In this document: piece after piece, positions 63,099 to 64,000 of the stretch
Layout of the letters: the number at the start of each line of letters is the position of its first letter
Position numbering within the stretch: position 1 is the stretch's first letter
NCBI RefSeq assembly: GCF_000142905.1
Contig: NW_013657637.1
Location: 202,971 to 266,970 of the forward strand
Direction of reading: 5' to 3'
DNA length: 64,000 bases
From: Thecamonas trahens ATCC 50062
Taxonomy: Eukaryota; Protista; Apusomonadida
Program-made: the position numbers and the translations under genes
The notes under the pieces: generated by a model
Database searches by the model: none
The model's input: the letters and a program-made list of their open reading frames with translations, nothing else
What the model was told of the DNA's origin: nothing

Positions 63099-64000
63099 GC
63101 AGCCATGGTAGGCAGCCATGGTGGGCAAACGTTGTAGGCAGCCATGGTAGGCAGCCATGGTAGGCAGCCATGGTAGGCAGCCATGGTAGGCAACCATGGT
63201 AGGCAGCCATGGTAGACAACCATCGTAGGCAACCATGGTAGGCAGCCATCGTTGGCAGCCATCGGAGGCAGCCATCGGAGGCAGCCATGGTGGGCAGCCA
63301 TCATAAGCAGCCATGGTAGGCAACCATCATAAGCAGCCATGGTAGGCAGCCATCATAGCAGCCATGGTAGGCAGCCATCATAAGCAGCCATGGTAGGCAA
63401 CCATCGTAGGCAGCCATGGTAGGCAGCCATGGTAGGCAGCCATGGTAGGCAGCCATGGTAGGCAACCATCGTCGGCAGCCATGAATAGAAAAACCATCGT
63501 CGGCAACCAAGAAAGGCAAAAATCGTCGGCAGCCATGGTAGGCAGCCATGGTGGGCAGCCATCATAAGCAGCCATGGTAGGCAACCATCATAAGCAGCCA
63601 TGGTAGGCAGCCATCATAAGCAGCCATGGTAGGCAGCCATCATAAGCAGCCATCATAAGCAGCCATCGTAGGCAGCCATGGTAGGCAACCATGGTAGGCA
63701 GCCATGGTAGGCAGCCATGGTAGGCAACCATCGTCGGCAGCCATGGTAGGCAACCATCGTCGGCAACCATGGTAGGCAACCATCGTCGGCAGCCATGGTA
63801 GGCAGCCATGGTGGGCAGCCATCATAAGCAGCCATGGTAGGCAACCATCATAAGCAGAATAAACCCTCCATCATAAGCAGCCATGGTAGGCAGCCATCAT
63901 AAGCAGCCATGGTAGGCAGCCATCATAAGCAGCCATCATAAGCAGCCATCGTAGGCAGCCATGGTAGGCAGCCATGGTAGGCAGCCATGGTAGGCAGCCA
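63099..64000. repeat. 13-bp satellite array (ggtag/cataa/cgtcg/cgtag/ggtgg + gcagccat or gcaaccat), continuing past the window end
   Basis: More than 60 tandem 13-mers with a conserved 8-nt core. Confidence 0.97.

Noticed and set aside
63099-64000. CRISPR-like or peptide-coding array (MAAYHGCLPWLPT ORFs)
   Set aside because: No unique spacers and no cas genes in a eukaryotic context. The ORFs arise in all frames as a by-product of a 13-bp period.

Overview
GC-rich, gene-dense, intron-poor eukaryotic genomic DNA from a draft assembly with four N-gaps. Gene content (talin, Sin3, dymeclin, RhoGEF, RasGEF, PB1-MAP3K, GPS-domain membrane protein), compact spacing and C-rich introns suggest a unicellular relative of opisthokonts, probably an apusomonad such as Thecamonas trahens (inference). 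About 21 protein genes can be supported. The stand-out is a single-exon 1465-aa ORF (3797-8194, minus) that joins five RNA end-processing catalytic domains with apparently intact active-site motifs: ATP-dependent RNA ligase, Pol-beta-type nucleotidyltransferase, HAD phosphatase, P-loop polynucleotide kinase and 2H cyclic phosphodiesterase. This is a Trl1-like scaffold expanded into a one-protein RNA repair system. Other notable items are a GAIN/GPS domain fused to a fungal Flc/Pkd2-type membrane domain, a LIM-LIM-FAT-like-RhoGEF, a talin with a villin headpiece and an intron-split start codon, a degenerate ecto-5'-nucleotidase that may splice into the next membrane ORF, a His/Met-coding repeat inside the phytochelatin synthase intron, two probable 1-bp frameshifts, and a 13-bp satellite with ~260-bp higher-order structure at the right end. 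All family calls come from motif recognition by eye; no searches were run.
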